Positions 1 to 9,099 of a DNA stretch of 22,591 bases are shown piece by piece; position 1 is the first letter of the stretch; every line of letters begins with the position of its first letter. Both the position numbers and the translations under genes were made by a program. Location: the IMG/VR virus record IMGVR_UViG_3300019378_001956; one strand, given 5' to 3'. This DNA is from a virus. Under the pieces are notes generated by a model, which worked only from the letters and a program-made list of their open reading frames with translations, did not search any database and was not told where the DNA came from.

Positions 1-548
1 ACTATATATTCAATATTTAATCTAAGATAGTTCATTTTCACATAAGCAGGATTCGCTGACGTGTTCATTGGTAAATCAAAAGTAACCTTGACATCCGCCA
101 AATCCTCTGCGGTAAATTTTAAATCATCAAATTTAACATTATATGCTGTGAGAACATCTTTAGGTGGAGCATTACCTGGTGCAAACAAACCTAATGTAGG
201 TATGCTAATCACAGGTTGGCCGAATGATCCATGACCCATATTAGGATACGCAAATTTCGCATACTCATACTCAACCTGAATGCTTTTAATACGAGCATTA
301 GCTGGTATATTATCGAGTACATGGAAATTAGTGACTTCAATCTGTGAAGGCTTAAATTTACCACCATTAACCGAAGCGACGGCATACATATAACCTGCTC
401 CAGGGTCTTCATTACCCCAATGCCCATAAATGGTTGTATCATGTAATCCCTGAATATCCTCCATCTCACGATAGATACCAGTATTACCATTAACATTACG
501 CATTCCAGTGTTATTTTCCCATACTGGATATAATGTTACTCTAGCCAT
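1..548 (-). CDS. Tail-tip/baseplate-region protein, partial (runs off the left edge; absent from ORF track)
   Basis: Manually translated: ATG at 548 (8-nt overlap ATGGCTAG with the upstream stop), MARVTLYPVWENNTGMRNVNG...YVKMNYLRLNIEYI, open for 182 codons to the window edge; beta-strand-rich; follows the TMP and the 259-aa gene. Confidence 0.8.
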   Translation of the reverse strand, partial: MARVTLYPVWENNTGMRNVNGNTGIYREMEDIQGLHDTTIYGHWGNEDPGAGYMYAVASVNGGKFKPSQIEVTNFHVLDNIPANARIKSIQVEYEYAKFAYPNMGHGSFGQPVISIPTLGLFAPGNAPPKDVLTAYNVKFDDLKFTAEDLADVKVTFDLPMNTSANPAYVKMNYLRLNIEYI

Positions 549-1320
549 TTTTAACAAAACCTCCATAAGTTTGGTTAAATAGTAAACAGTTTAATTCCAT
601 ACTAAAGTAATCGTTTTTCAATATTCCAGATGTATTTGTGTATTGTCCTACACCATTTTTGAAATGGAATTCAACACTCACATACTTAGCATTGGACGGT
701 ATGTTAGTTGTTTGTACATTACAACGTCCACGATTGCCCGTTGCGACATTTGCAATATCAGTTATTTCTTTACTGGAAATATAATTATGGTTTTTATCGA
801 AATAAACAAATCCTACTTTAATGCTGCTGATATGTGGTGATGCTTCATAAGTAGTACTGAACAATATCCTTGTTGTACCAGATGGTATGGCTACACCTGT
901 ACCGTTTTGATGGATTAAAAGGTAAAATGGAGAGGTATTGTCCACCCCATTAACTAGATAATCATTTTTCACCACCAATTTATAACCATTAGTGAAATTT
1001 TGAATATTTGCAATAGATTCTATTGGATCAAATGTACTATCAAAATGCTCACAAACATAAAGAAAACCCCCTATAGCATCAATATCTGTTTCACTACAGT
1101 AAGCAATACTATCATTAAACTTATTAACTAAGTTCGGATTTTTTGTTAAAGCAAAAGAATAGACATCAAAATCCTCATATCCTTTTGATTGTGTGGGATT
1201 TAATGACACTTCACATTTATGGCTTTGAAAACCAATATCAGTTTCCAAATAACCATATTTGTAGCCGATAATATTACCATGAACACGGCATCTACCAGGG
1301 TTAACACTTATTTTCTCCAT
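541..1320 (-). CDS. Tail protein immediately downstream of TMP (candidate distal tail/Dit-like, with a beta-sandwich/CBM-like C-terminal half)
   Basis: 259 aa; GGAGG RBS inside the TMP 3' end; position directly after TMP; FVYFDKNHNYISS and IPSNAKYVSVEF segments resemble jelly-roll/CBM strands (pattern impression only). Confidence 0.6.
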   Translation of the reverse strand: MEKISVNPGRCRVHGNIIGYKYGYLETDIGFQSHKCEVSLNPTQSKGYEDFDVYSFALTKNPNLVNKFNDSIAYCSETDIDAIGGFLYVCEHFDSTFDPIESIANIQNFTNGYKLVVKNDYLVNGVDNTSPFYLLIHQNGTGVAIPSGTTRILFSTTYEASPHISSIKVGFVYFDKNHNYISSKEITDIANVATGNRGRCNVQTTNIPSNAKYVSVEFHFKNGVGQYTNTSGILKNDYFSMELNCLLFNQTYGGFVKNG

Positions 1321-1323
1321 TAT

Positions 1324-4300
1324 TTATGCACCTCCCATACGAGCTATACGTTTATCCCTTTTAATTAATGCATCAGCAATACGGTCAATCAATCTTTTAT
1401 CAGTGACTGATTCAGTTAATTCTTTGATTAATGCATCAGTATCAATATTTTCAACATTACCATCAACAGTAACATCCACTTTATGTTCTAATGTTAATTT
1501 AACCTCTTCAACATTACCCCTAGAATTATTATTGTCAAATAATCCTTCTAATGGATTGGAATGTGTACGTGGGGCAGATCTGCCTCCAGGAATATGAACA
1601 TTAATTGGACCTCCAGCAGATGGTGCCGGATGACTATAACTGCATGGACCAGCAGTCCAACCACCACGTTGCCTTAAAGCAGTTGTATCGAAAGTATAAC
1701 CATTAATAATAGCAGCACAATGACCAAAACCACCCCAATTCAAACCGCAATCAACATAACCACCATAACCACAGGTATTTGCAAGAGCCACCATTGCAGA
1801 AGCACCATCATAACAATTCCATGAACCCGCAGCAATAGCATTTTGCCAAGAGCCATGAGCATCACTATTGTAGTACAATTCATAAGGTATTGCACTAGCA
1901 ATTGCCGTAGCAATCCTAACAAAGGATTCCCAACTGATATGAGGTGTTCCACCTTCAAAGTCTTTAACACGGAAAGATAAACCAGTGTCAATATCACCAA
2001 CACCAGTATGTACTGCCGGCCCTTTCATTTGCCATTCACGAGCAGTCTGTTTAATATAAGCAATGTTTGGATCTGCAACAGCATCCCATCCACCAGCAAA
2101 ACAATTAGGACAGGCACCACGTTGAATCAAATCAATAAGATTTAAATTATCAGATGCAGTTTTATCCATATACTCCAAGGTTACAGGACTAACCAATCCA
2201 TTATCCATCGCTTTAACCGCAGTAATAGTGTAAGGCAATTGATTATCACGTCTTAAACTATTAGCCACACCACGAGTGATACGAGTCATAACCGCAGGGT
2301 CACGACCAACACGCCTTATAGTGGAAGGTGATCCAGTAGAATCACCACCAGCCCACTGTGATGGATTCTGCAATTTCCTGTAAAAAGTACCAATCGTAGA
2401 GGATAACTGGTCAAAGTAAGCAGTAGCTTCATTTTTAATCCTTGCAGCAGCACTTATTATACTGTCTGCCATTACCGCCCATGCAGACCTCATCTCTGAA
2501 GTGACTTTCATTGTTTCATTCAACATTAAAGCTAATTGCTGACGAGTAGTATTAGTAGCACTAGTCATAGCAGTCCTATGAGTTAATAACATAAGATTTA
2601 ACTGAGTACGTAGATTATTACTCATAGACAACAAATTCAAGTTCAAACCAGTACTAATATTCTGGAAAGTAGTTAAATCATTAGACTGAATTTGACCATA
2701 AGCAAGTTGATCCTGTAAAACCATATTCTGCAAAGTAGTCATCATCATTGTTGCTAATGCATCATAAGATTCACCAATCATAACATTAGTATCATCAGTC
2801 ATACCCATTGCAGAATCCAAACCACCAGACACACTAGATAAATCCATACTGGCTAAATCAACATTTTCTAACGGATTTTCATCCAAATCATAATAAGGCA
2901 TTAAATCATCAGTATCCAATGATAATTTCGGTTCACCAAATTTATCAACTATCTCTGCACCAACTTGCCTTGCATACTCACCAGCCGGCTTAATAGCATC
3001 CTTAATCTTTTGAACAGCATTTTTAAATTCATCAGTGATACTATTTTGAACAATACCTGGTGAATGTATACCCATAGCATTAAGTACACCATTAATAATT
3101 TCTTTACCAAAGTTTAATGCAGCAGCTATAGCCTGAGGTATAGCTTCACGAATACGATCAGGAACCTTAGTAAACTCAGTATAAATTTTACCAGGTAATT
3201 GTTGTACAGTAGTTGAAGCACTGTTAACCATTTCACCAGCTTTTTGCCTAGCAGTATTAACCCATTGACTACCAGCATTAATAATATTACAAGTAGTTTG
3301 AGCCAAATAACTAAAGAATCTACCAGGTAAACCACTAATATAATTAATAATACCATTAACAAAACCTGAAGCAGCATTAATTGCTGCACTTACAATTTGA
3401 CCTGCCCATTGGAAGACAAAATTAATAATCATTGTTAAAATTGTCATGTATGCAGTCATGATTAAATTCCAGATCATAGTCAACATTTGAGGTAAAGTAA
3501 TTTGACCACTAAGGAATGCCTGGAAAATATTAATAAGCTGAGATACTGCATTCCAGATTACCAATAAAATATTACTGAGTAAATTCCATGCCGGCATAAA
3601 CATTTCAACAAGATAAGTTACTATCTCCACGAAAATATCAATTAAAGGCCTAATAGCTTCCACAATAGGTGAAATAATACCACTTACAAAGCCGGCTATT
3701 GCATTGAATACTTCCTGGAACACTTCCCAAGTTTTCCTTAATGCTGGAACAATACCCGGACTACAACCCAAAAGAATACAAATGATTTTTCGTAATACAT
3801 CTACAACAAACATTACAGGATTAGTAACATAACCCAAGAATGATAAAAATGTATTAAATGCTCCTTGAACACCAGAAATAGCCCTAACAATAAACGCTAT
3901 TGTATCTCCTAATGCACCAAATGCGTCAATAATCATCCGGACAATATCAATCTTTGTTCCAGGAGGGAATAATTCTGTCCAAACTTGTTTAGCCCAATCA
4001 TACACGGGTTGTAATGCAGTACAAATATCATCCCAAGCCTGTTTTAAGTCCTTAAGGAAACCTTGAACATTAGGATTATTGATAAATGCAGCCCACAACC
4101 TTTTTACACCATCTGCAATGGCTTCAAACATTGTTCCAACATCTTTCCACCATCCAAAAGCAATACCTAACTCATAAACAGCAATAGCAATAGCTGCAAT
4201 AACTGCAACGATTGCCCACAATGGGGCTCCGGCTAAAGTAACACCACCAATTGCAGCAGCGGCTCCCCAAAGACTAGTGATAAATCCAGGCATAGCACTT

Positions 4301-5712
4301 ACAACCAATCCCCAGATTGTAGTTTCAGCAGCAGCCGCAGCACCAGCAAGTAATAGAATACCGAAAGCAACACCACCAATGAGTAAAGCACCTTGAGCCC
4401 AGCCATTATTCTGAATCCATTTTACCAAGTTAGTAAAACCATCAACTAAACCAATGATTAAAGGAGTAATAGGTACAAGTACACTTGCAATTAATTGACT
4501 TCCTGTAACAGTTAAAGCTGCCCATGCATCATCTAATGTAACAATTTCACTAGCCGTTTGAGTGAAACCCATATCATCTAAGGTTTTATTCATTGCTTGG
4601 AGTAATGATGTTTTATTATTTATATCTCCATCCCAGCCATTTTTCATGAGCATATCTTGAGAAATACCTAATTCCTGCAATCTACGGAATTGACCATCCA
4701 TTGCATCAGATACTGCAAGAATCGCATCTTCTTGAGTACGTCCTTCTTTGACGAAAGCAGATGACATTACAGCAGTTGTTTTAGTTAATTGCTCCATAGA
4801 TTGTTGAGGCAATTGTAATTTTACGCCCATTTCCAATGCCGATGCTGCTACAGCATTCATGTCAACTTTACGGAATTCATTTTGCATCTCCCGGACATGA
4901 CCTGTGAATTCTTGTAATCTTGGACCAGACATTCCTTCTAATCTTTGAGCAAATCTTTCAAAACTTGCTGTTGCATTGATGGATGCTCTTGCACCTTGAA
5001 CCATACTATTTACCAGGTCAAAACCTATCATTCCTACAGTCATACTTGCTGCAGATCGGAGGAATCCGAAACTGTTTCCTAGTTTTTTAGTACTATCTTC
5101 AGTTCCTTTAAAACTATTTTGAGTATTCCTTCCTGCATCCCCTGCAAGTAATAGTTTTTCTCTTAGTTGATCTGCATCCCTTGCTGCATCATCCAAACCA
5201 TTATTGGCTAGACTATCAAGAATCATTTTTAGTTCTTGACCTATACCTATTAAGATTACGATTATTGCTCTTAGCATTTCTGCGGTGGATACTGTTTGAT
5301 TCATTCCTGTACTTCCACCTATCGAGTCTAATGCATTGTCTAGTTGGTTTGCACTTCCTTTTGTTGCGTTAAGTGTAGTATCTAATAATTTGACATTACT
5401 TTCTACTTGATTAAAATTTGAGCCTGAGATTCTTTTCATTGAATTATTTAATACGTTTACATTACCTGCTATTAGTAATAGTCTTGATTGTAATTGTAAT
5501 GATTCTTGACTTACTTGTCTGAAGGGTAATGCATTTATTTTTGATAGATTTGTGCTTAATCTGTTTGCACCATTACTTGCAGTGTTGAAGTTGTTATTTA
5601 ATCCTAGAGCTAAATTTTTTACATTGGATAGTTGTGCTTCTACTTTTTCTATTATTGCAGTTGCACGGTCTTCTGCTCTTATGATAATGTCAATTTGTTG
5701 TTGAGATACCAT
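1324..5712 (-). CDS. Tape measure protein with C-terminal transglutaminase-like cysteine peptidase domain
   Basis: 1462 aa after the tail chaperones; N-terminal IDIIIRAEDRAT motif, Ala/Gly-rich helical core, hydrophobic segment and Trp/Phe-spaced amphipathic repeats; C-terminal NCYDGA...GHC...FDT (C1300, H1331, D1342); GGAGGT RBS upstream. Confidence 0.92.
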   Translation of the reverse strand: MVSQQQIDIIIRAEDRATAIIEKVEAQLSNVKNLALGLNNNFNTASNGANRLSTNLSKINALPFRQVSQESLQLQSRLLLIAGNVNVLNNSMKRISGSNFNQVESNVKLLDTTLNATKGSANQLDNALDSIGGSTGMNQTVSTAEMLRAIIVILIGIGQELKMILDSLANNGLDDAARDADQLREKLLLAGDAGRNTQNSFKGTEDSTKKLGNSFGFLRSAASMTVGMIGFDLVNSMVQGARASINATASFERFAQRLEGMSGPRLQEFTGHVREMQNEFRKVDMNAVAASALEMGVKLQLPQQSMEQLTKTTAVMSSAFVKEGRTQEDAILAVSDAMDGQFRRLQELGISQDMLMKNGWDGDINNKTSLLQAMNKTLDDMGFTQTASEIVTLDDAWAALTVTGSQLIASVLVPITPLIIGLVDGFTNLVKWIQNNGWAQGALLIGGVAFGILLLAGAAAAAETTIWGLVVSAMPGFITSLWGAAAAIGGVTLAGAPLWAIVAVIAAIAIAVYELGIAFGWWKDVGTMFEAIADGVKRLWAAFINNPNVQGFLKDLKQAWDDICTALQPVYDWAKQVWTELFPPGTKIDIVRMIIDAFGALGDTIAFIVRAISGVQGAFNTFLSFLGYVTNPVMFVVDVLRKIICILLGCSPGIVPALRKTWEVFQEVFNAIAGFVSGIISPIVEAIRPLIDIFVEIVTYLVEMFMPAWNLLSNILLVIWNAVSQLINIFQAFLSGQITLPQMLTMIWNLIMTAYMTILTMIINFVFQWAGQIVSAAINAASGFVNGIINYISGLPGRFFSYLAQTTCNIINAGSQWVNTARQKAGEMVNSASTTVQQLPGKIYTEFTKVPDRIREAIPQAIAAALNFGKEIINGVLNAMGIHSPGIVQNSITDEFKNAVQKIKDAIKPAGEYARQVGAEIVDKFGEPKLSLDTDDLMPYYDLDENPLENVDLASMDLSSVSGGLDSAMGMTDDTNVMIGESYDALATMMMTTLQNMVLQDQLAYGQIQSNDLTTFQNISTGLNLNLLSMSNNLRTQLNLMLLTHRTAMTSATNTTRQQLALMLNETMKVTSEMRSAWAVMADSIISAAARIKNEATAYFDQLSSTIGTFYRKLQNPSQWAGGDSTGSPSTIRRVGRDPAVMTRITRGVANSLRRDNQLPYTITAVKAMDNGLVSPVTLEYMDKTASDNLNLIDLIQRGACPNCFAGGWDAVADPNIAYIKQTAREWQMKGPAVHTGVGDIDTGLSFRVKDFEGGTPHISWESFVRIATAIASAIPYELYYNSDAHGSWQNAIAAGSWNCYDGASAMVALANTCGYGGYVDCGLNWGGFGHCAAIINGYTFDTTALRQRGGWTAGPCSYSHPAPSAGGPINVHIPGGRSAPRTHSNPLEGLFDNNNSRGNVEEVKLTLEHKVDVTVDGNVENIDTDALIKELTESVTDKRLIDRIADALIKRDKRIARMGGA

Positions 5713-5775
5713 AAACCATGTACCTCCATTTGTTAATATTTTTAAAAAAAATAGTTTTAAGATGAATAAAATTGA

Positions 5776-5970
5776 TTATTTTTTCTTTGGTACTTTATTC
5801 ATCTCTTTATGTAGGTCTGCTCGACCTTTTGTGATAAATAATGTTTGAGCTAAGGTTAAATCGCCCAAGTTATCACATAAATGATATCCGCAGTAATCTA
5901 ACCATATTATATTTTTAGCTTCATTCGTCTTCAGGAAAGTCTTTAACTTCTTTTTCCAAGTCATCATCAT
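5776..5970 (-). CDS. Tail assembly chaperone extension (gpT-like), probably made by +1 frameshift from the upstream chaperone
   Basis: Overlaps the chaperone 3' end by 50 nt, lies directly upstream of TMP, is in the +1 frame and has no clear RBS. Confidence 0.7.
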   Translation of the reverse strand: MMMTWKKKLKTFLKTNEAKNIIWLDYCGYHLCDNLGDLTLAQTLFITKGRADLHKEMNKVPKKK

Positions 5971-6370
5971 CTAAACCAGATATAATTCTGACTTGATCAT
6001 AAATTTCATCAAAAACACGCCTGCCCATAGCCTCTACTTCATCACGAGTAAATGGATCATCTTTATAAACATCATTATCCAGACTTAAAAATACTGCCTC
6101 AATTTTAGCTTTAGCAGAAGCTTTTCCAGTTTCTTTTACATTGATTTTTGCTTGAGCTTCCATTTGAGATTGAATTTGTTTTCTTCTACTTCTATTTTTT
6201 GCTCTTTCAGTAGTGGTGTATTCCCCAATAGCTTCATTTTCTATTTCTTCTATTTTGTTCCATTCACCATTACTCAAAGGTCTTAAGGCGACAGTATCGT
6301 CTTTTGATTTGATATATCTTTCTTTAGTTTCATTTATTCCATTTAATATTTGGGATTTAGTTAACACCAT
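5921..6370 (-). CDS. Tail assembly chaperone (gpG-like)
   Basis: 149 aa, acidic and helical, between major tail protein and TMP; GGAGGT RBS upstream. Confidence 0.8.
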   Translation of the reverse strand: MVLTKSQILNGINETKERYIKSKDDTVALRPLSNGEWNKIEEIENEAIGEYTTTERAKNRSRRKQIQSQMEAQAKINVKETGKASAKAKIEAVFLSLDNDVYKDDPFTRDEVEAMGRRVFDEIYDQVRIISGLDDDDLEKEVKDFPEDE

Positions 6371-6436
6371 GTTAATTTACCTCCAAGTTTTTTCCATTTT
6401 TAAATTTTAAAAAAAAATAAGATTAATTTAAAACCT

Positions 6437-6685
6437 CTATTGAGGTTCTAAAGTAATTTCTAATGTTTCAGTACTAGAAGTGATTATTACCTCTTGACTG
6501 TAAGTTACGTAACCTGTTTTTGTTGCAGTTACAGTAACTGTACCTACAGGAACATCATGTAATGTACATCCACCTTGACTACCAGTAGTGCCTGTAATTT
6601 GGCCTATTGCAACTTCAACTTGACTTACAGGGTTTGTTCCATCAGTTACGCTTACTGCTAAATCATCAATAGTTTCAGGATTCAC
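6437..6685 (-). CDS. Ig-like (PEGA/carboxypeptidase-regulatory-like) domain; probable +1 frameshift extension of the major tail protein
   Basis: 82 aa, VSVTDGTNPV...TGTTGSQGGCTL.DVPVG...VTATKTGYVTY pattern; GTG start one nt after the MTP stop; the +1 frame is open from 5 codons earlier (CTC CCA GTA ACT GAG GTG). Confidence 0.75.
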   Translation of the reverse strand: MNPETIDDLAVSVTDGTNPVSQVEVAIGQITGTTGSQGGCTLHDVPVGTVTVTATKTGYVTYSQEVIITSSTETLEITLEPQ

Positions 6686-6686
6686 C

Positions 6687-7721
6687 TCAGTTACTGGGAG
6701 CTATCTTAGGCTGGTTATTGACTAATTTTACATACATATCTGTAGTAACTTCTGTAGTATTATCTGCGAGCCTAACTTTTTCAGAACCAAGTGTGGCCAT
6801 GTTTAAGGTTGCTTCTACATCATCAATACCGGATGAATCAAATTCTGCTAACAATGTACATTTAGGGAATTTAATAGTTAAACCCAAACCAGGGTATTCA
6901 CATAATTCCACATTAAGTTCTAATGGAACTTGCAATATTTTACATTTAGCAGGCTCAAGAAGATCTACATCACCATACCGTGCATCTAATATTGCTCTTA
7001 CAGTTTCTTGAGTTAATGTAGTTACAATACTGATGCTGTTTTCTCTTTTATTTGCTTTAGCTTGTCCTTGAGGATGTCTATAACCAAAACCAATTGTTTT
7101 ATCGACATCATGATTGTTATTTCCTTCAAGAGTGAAACTTGTTTGTACACCGGCAGGATCATTACCATTCAATTTTAAGCTAACATCATAGAACATGATG
7201 AATAAATCATTTATTAACTCTTCAGCTCTTTCATATTCATTTTCATCTTCTAGAATATCAGCAAGTTCAGTTTTATAGATGAAATCTGCTCCAAGAGTCA
7301 TATCTTCAGAGGATACTTCGAGTTTCATTGAATCAACAAGTAATCCAAATAGATAGAAAACTAATTCATCATTGACTGATACTCCTCTGAAACTTTTTAA
7401 TAATTTAGATTCTCCACCCCAAAATTCATGAGTATTTTTATTATTATTTCCGGCTGTGAATTTATAGTTATCTAAGAATCCATAGAAGTAATGTCCAAGT
7501 ATTTGAAGGTTTGCTGAAGTTTCAATACTTCCACTAGGTTTTATTACGCCTGCTCTTGCTTTTTGATTCATTCTTGAACCGAAACTTTTGGTTACTGGTT
7601 CGTCATTGAGTTTAAAATCCATGCTGTCTACTTCATGGTCAAAATCTAAGTCAAACTCTGCTTTTTCTTTATCCTCCCCATAGACGGCTTCGGGTTCCAA
7701 ACCAAATACTCTACAACTCAT
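6687..7721 (-). CDS. Major tail (tube) protein
   Basis: 344 aa, acidic and beta-rich, FGLEPEAVYGE N-terminal motif typical of tail tube proteins; located between the tail terminator and chaperones; GGTGA RBS. Confidence 0.8.
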   Translation of the reverse strand: MSCRVFGLEPEAVYGEDKEKAEFDLDFDHEVDSMDFKLNDEPVTKSFGSRMNQKARAGVIKPSGSIETSANLQILGHYFYGFLDNYKFTAGNNNKNTHEFWGGESKLLKSFRGVSVNDELVFYLFGLLVDSMKLEVSSEDMTLGADFIYKTELADILEDENEYERAEELINDLFIMFYDVSLKLNGNDPAGVQTSFTLEGNNNHDVDKTIGFGYRHPQGQAKANKRENSISIVTTLTQETVRAILDARYGDVDLLEPAKCKILQVPLELNVELCEYPGLGLTIKFPKCTLLAEFDSSGIDDVEATLNMATLGSEKVRLADNTTEVTTDMYVKLVNNQPKIAPSN

Positions 7722-7723
7722 TT

Positions 7724-8257
7724 TTAATCACCATCATTATCATTATTATCATTATTATTTTCAATTTTTCGTTTACAACAATTCATCCAATCAATATAAT
7801 ACTTAGCAATGATTCTTACACTAGTAGCAGGGGCTTTATCAGATTTATTTCTTATAGATACTTCGCCTACAGGATATAATGTTTCAAACTCAATTTTACT
7901 TATAATCCTGTCACTATTAAGTTTAATGTGATTTTTAGCTATACTTGCTGCTACTCTACTAGCAAGATTTTTTCCTTTCATTTCAGATTCTTCAATATCA
8001 TCTTCATCATATACTACACAAACAAATTCATATGGTGTTTGTAAGTATAATTTTTGTGATAATGCACCTGATTTTTCATTAGCAATGGTTGTTGGATGTT
8101 CAAATAACCAGATTAAAGGTTCTTCCATTTCTTCTTCCATTCGGTAAGATGGAATGAATGTTTCAACATCAGATAATAAACCTTCAGGAGTCATTTCTGA
8201 TGTGATGCATTCTTTTATCCTTGTGGTTATTAATTCTTGACTACTTATAATATTCAT
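7724..8257 (-). CDS. Tail terminator/completion protein
   Basis: 177 aa; position between the gp10-like gene and the major tail protein; acidic. Confidence 0.6.
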   Translation of the reverse strand: MNIISSQELITTRIKECITSEMTPEGLLSDVETFIPSYRMEEEMEEPLIWLFEHPTTIANEKSGALSQKLYLQTPYEFVCVVYDEDDIEESEMKGKNLASRVAASIAKNHIKLNSDRIISKIEFETLYPVGEVSIRNKSDKAPATSVRIIAKYYIDWMNCCKRKIENNNDNNDNDGD

Positions 8258-8682
8258 TTCAATGTACCTCTGCTTGCAATTACTACTGCACTATCCACAG
8301 AACGTATTACCTCAGCCATACTGCGTTCAACAAAATGTTTTGGTTTTTGACCTTTCACGGATTTAAGGAACCATTCGTTGCCTCTCCAATAAAAATGTAA
8401 TGCTTTCGCATGTTTTGGAGTTATACGATGATGGAGTGGACCATATATTCCAGTTCCATCATTAACCCAGGGTAAGTAATAAGTGTCATTCCTTATTTCC
8501 CTTGTATTTAATGATTTAATTACATGATAATTTCTTGATCCATAACCTGATTTTTTGGGAGTGTTTTTTTCAAATAATGTTTTAGTGTTATGTGCTAATT
8601 GGTCTAAAAGTTTAGTTTTGAATTCACCAACACTTTCACTTAAAACTTTTTTTGTTATTTTTACATCGATTATGAGTTTCAT
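8254..8682 (-). CDS. HK97 gp10-like neck/tail-completion protein
   Basis: 142 aa basic; TPKKSG, YLPWVNDGTGIYGP, ITPKHAKALHF and VKGQKPKHFVERS motifs typical of the gp10-like family. Confidence 0.8.
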   Translation of the reverse strand: MKLIIDVKITKKVLSESVGEFKTKLLDQLAHNTKTLFEKNTPKKSGYGSRNYHVIKSLNTREIRNDTYYLPWVNDGTGIYGPLHHRITPKHAKALHFYWRGNEWFLKSVKGQKPKHFVERSMAEVIRSVDSAVVIASRGTLK

Positions 8683-8683
8683 A

Positions 8684-9085
8684 TTAAATCTTGAATATAT
8701 TTGCTTTACGAGGTTTGCGGAATGGTTTTAAATCTTGTTTTAAATCATCTGTAAAAACAGCACTTGTGATTACGCCAGTATTCCAATCATCCACTTTTTT
8801 TAATGGGTTGTCTCTACGTCCGAATGAAAATGCTATAATATTTGCTGTTAACCTAATACAAACATTACGTACTGCAGGAGGTACTTTTACAATGATTTCT
8901 TCACCATATTCATCGTAATAGTTATACCACTCTCTTTTACAGTAATGGTTAATATGGGATTCACTTTGAAGAATCCAATCTTCAATTAGTTCATTGAATT
9001 CTTCTGTGTCATCTCCAGTATAACCAAATTGTTTAGGTTTTGTTCTTGTTAATTTAAGTACATCTTCAACTGTGCAGTAAGACAA
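8684..9085 (-). CDS. Head-tail connector/adaptor protein
   Basis: 133 aa, TTG start with GGTGA RBS; MSYCTVEDV N-terminus, ESHINHYCKR and VPPAVRNVCIRL motifs typical of gp6/gp15-like adaptors. Confidence 0.85.
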   Translation of the reverse strand: MSYCTVEDVLKLTRTKPKQFGYTGDDTEEFNELIEDWILQSESHINHYCKREWYNYYDEYGEEIIVKVPPAVRNVCIRLTANIIAFSFGRRDNPLKKVDDWNTGVITSAVFTDDLKQDLKPFRKPRKANIFKI

Positions 9086-9099
9086 GATTTATCACCTTT

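Noticed and set aside
209-496. 95-aa minus-strand ORF in the track
   Set aside because: Alternative frame of the real 548-to-edge gene, which has better coupling and composition.
643-5372. Short ORFs inside the tail and TMP genes (643-840, 1403-1597, 1740-2003, 3126-3389, 5181-5372)
   Set aside because: Shadow or alternative frames of long coding genes; Leu/Val-rich by-products of codon bias, with no RBS.
5940-5962. Classical -1 slippery site GGAAAAAG in the tail chaperone
   Set aside because: The -1 frame terminates at TAA within a few codons; the downstream ORF is in the +1 frame.
7724-7760. CATTAT microsatellite-like repeat
   Set aside because: Simply encodes the low-complexity NNNDNNDNDGD C-terminus and overlaps the next RBS.
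6213-8918. Plus-strand ORFs 6213-6410, 6718-7011 and 8691-8918
   Set aside because: Antisense to well-supported structural genes, with no RBS or motifs.
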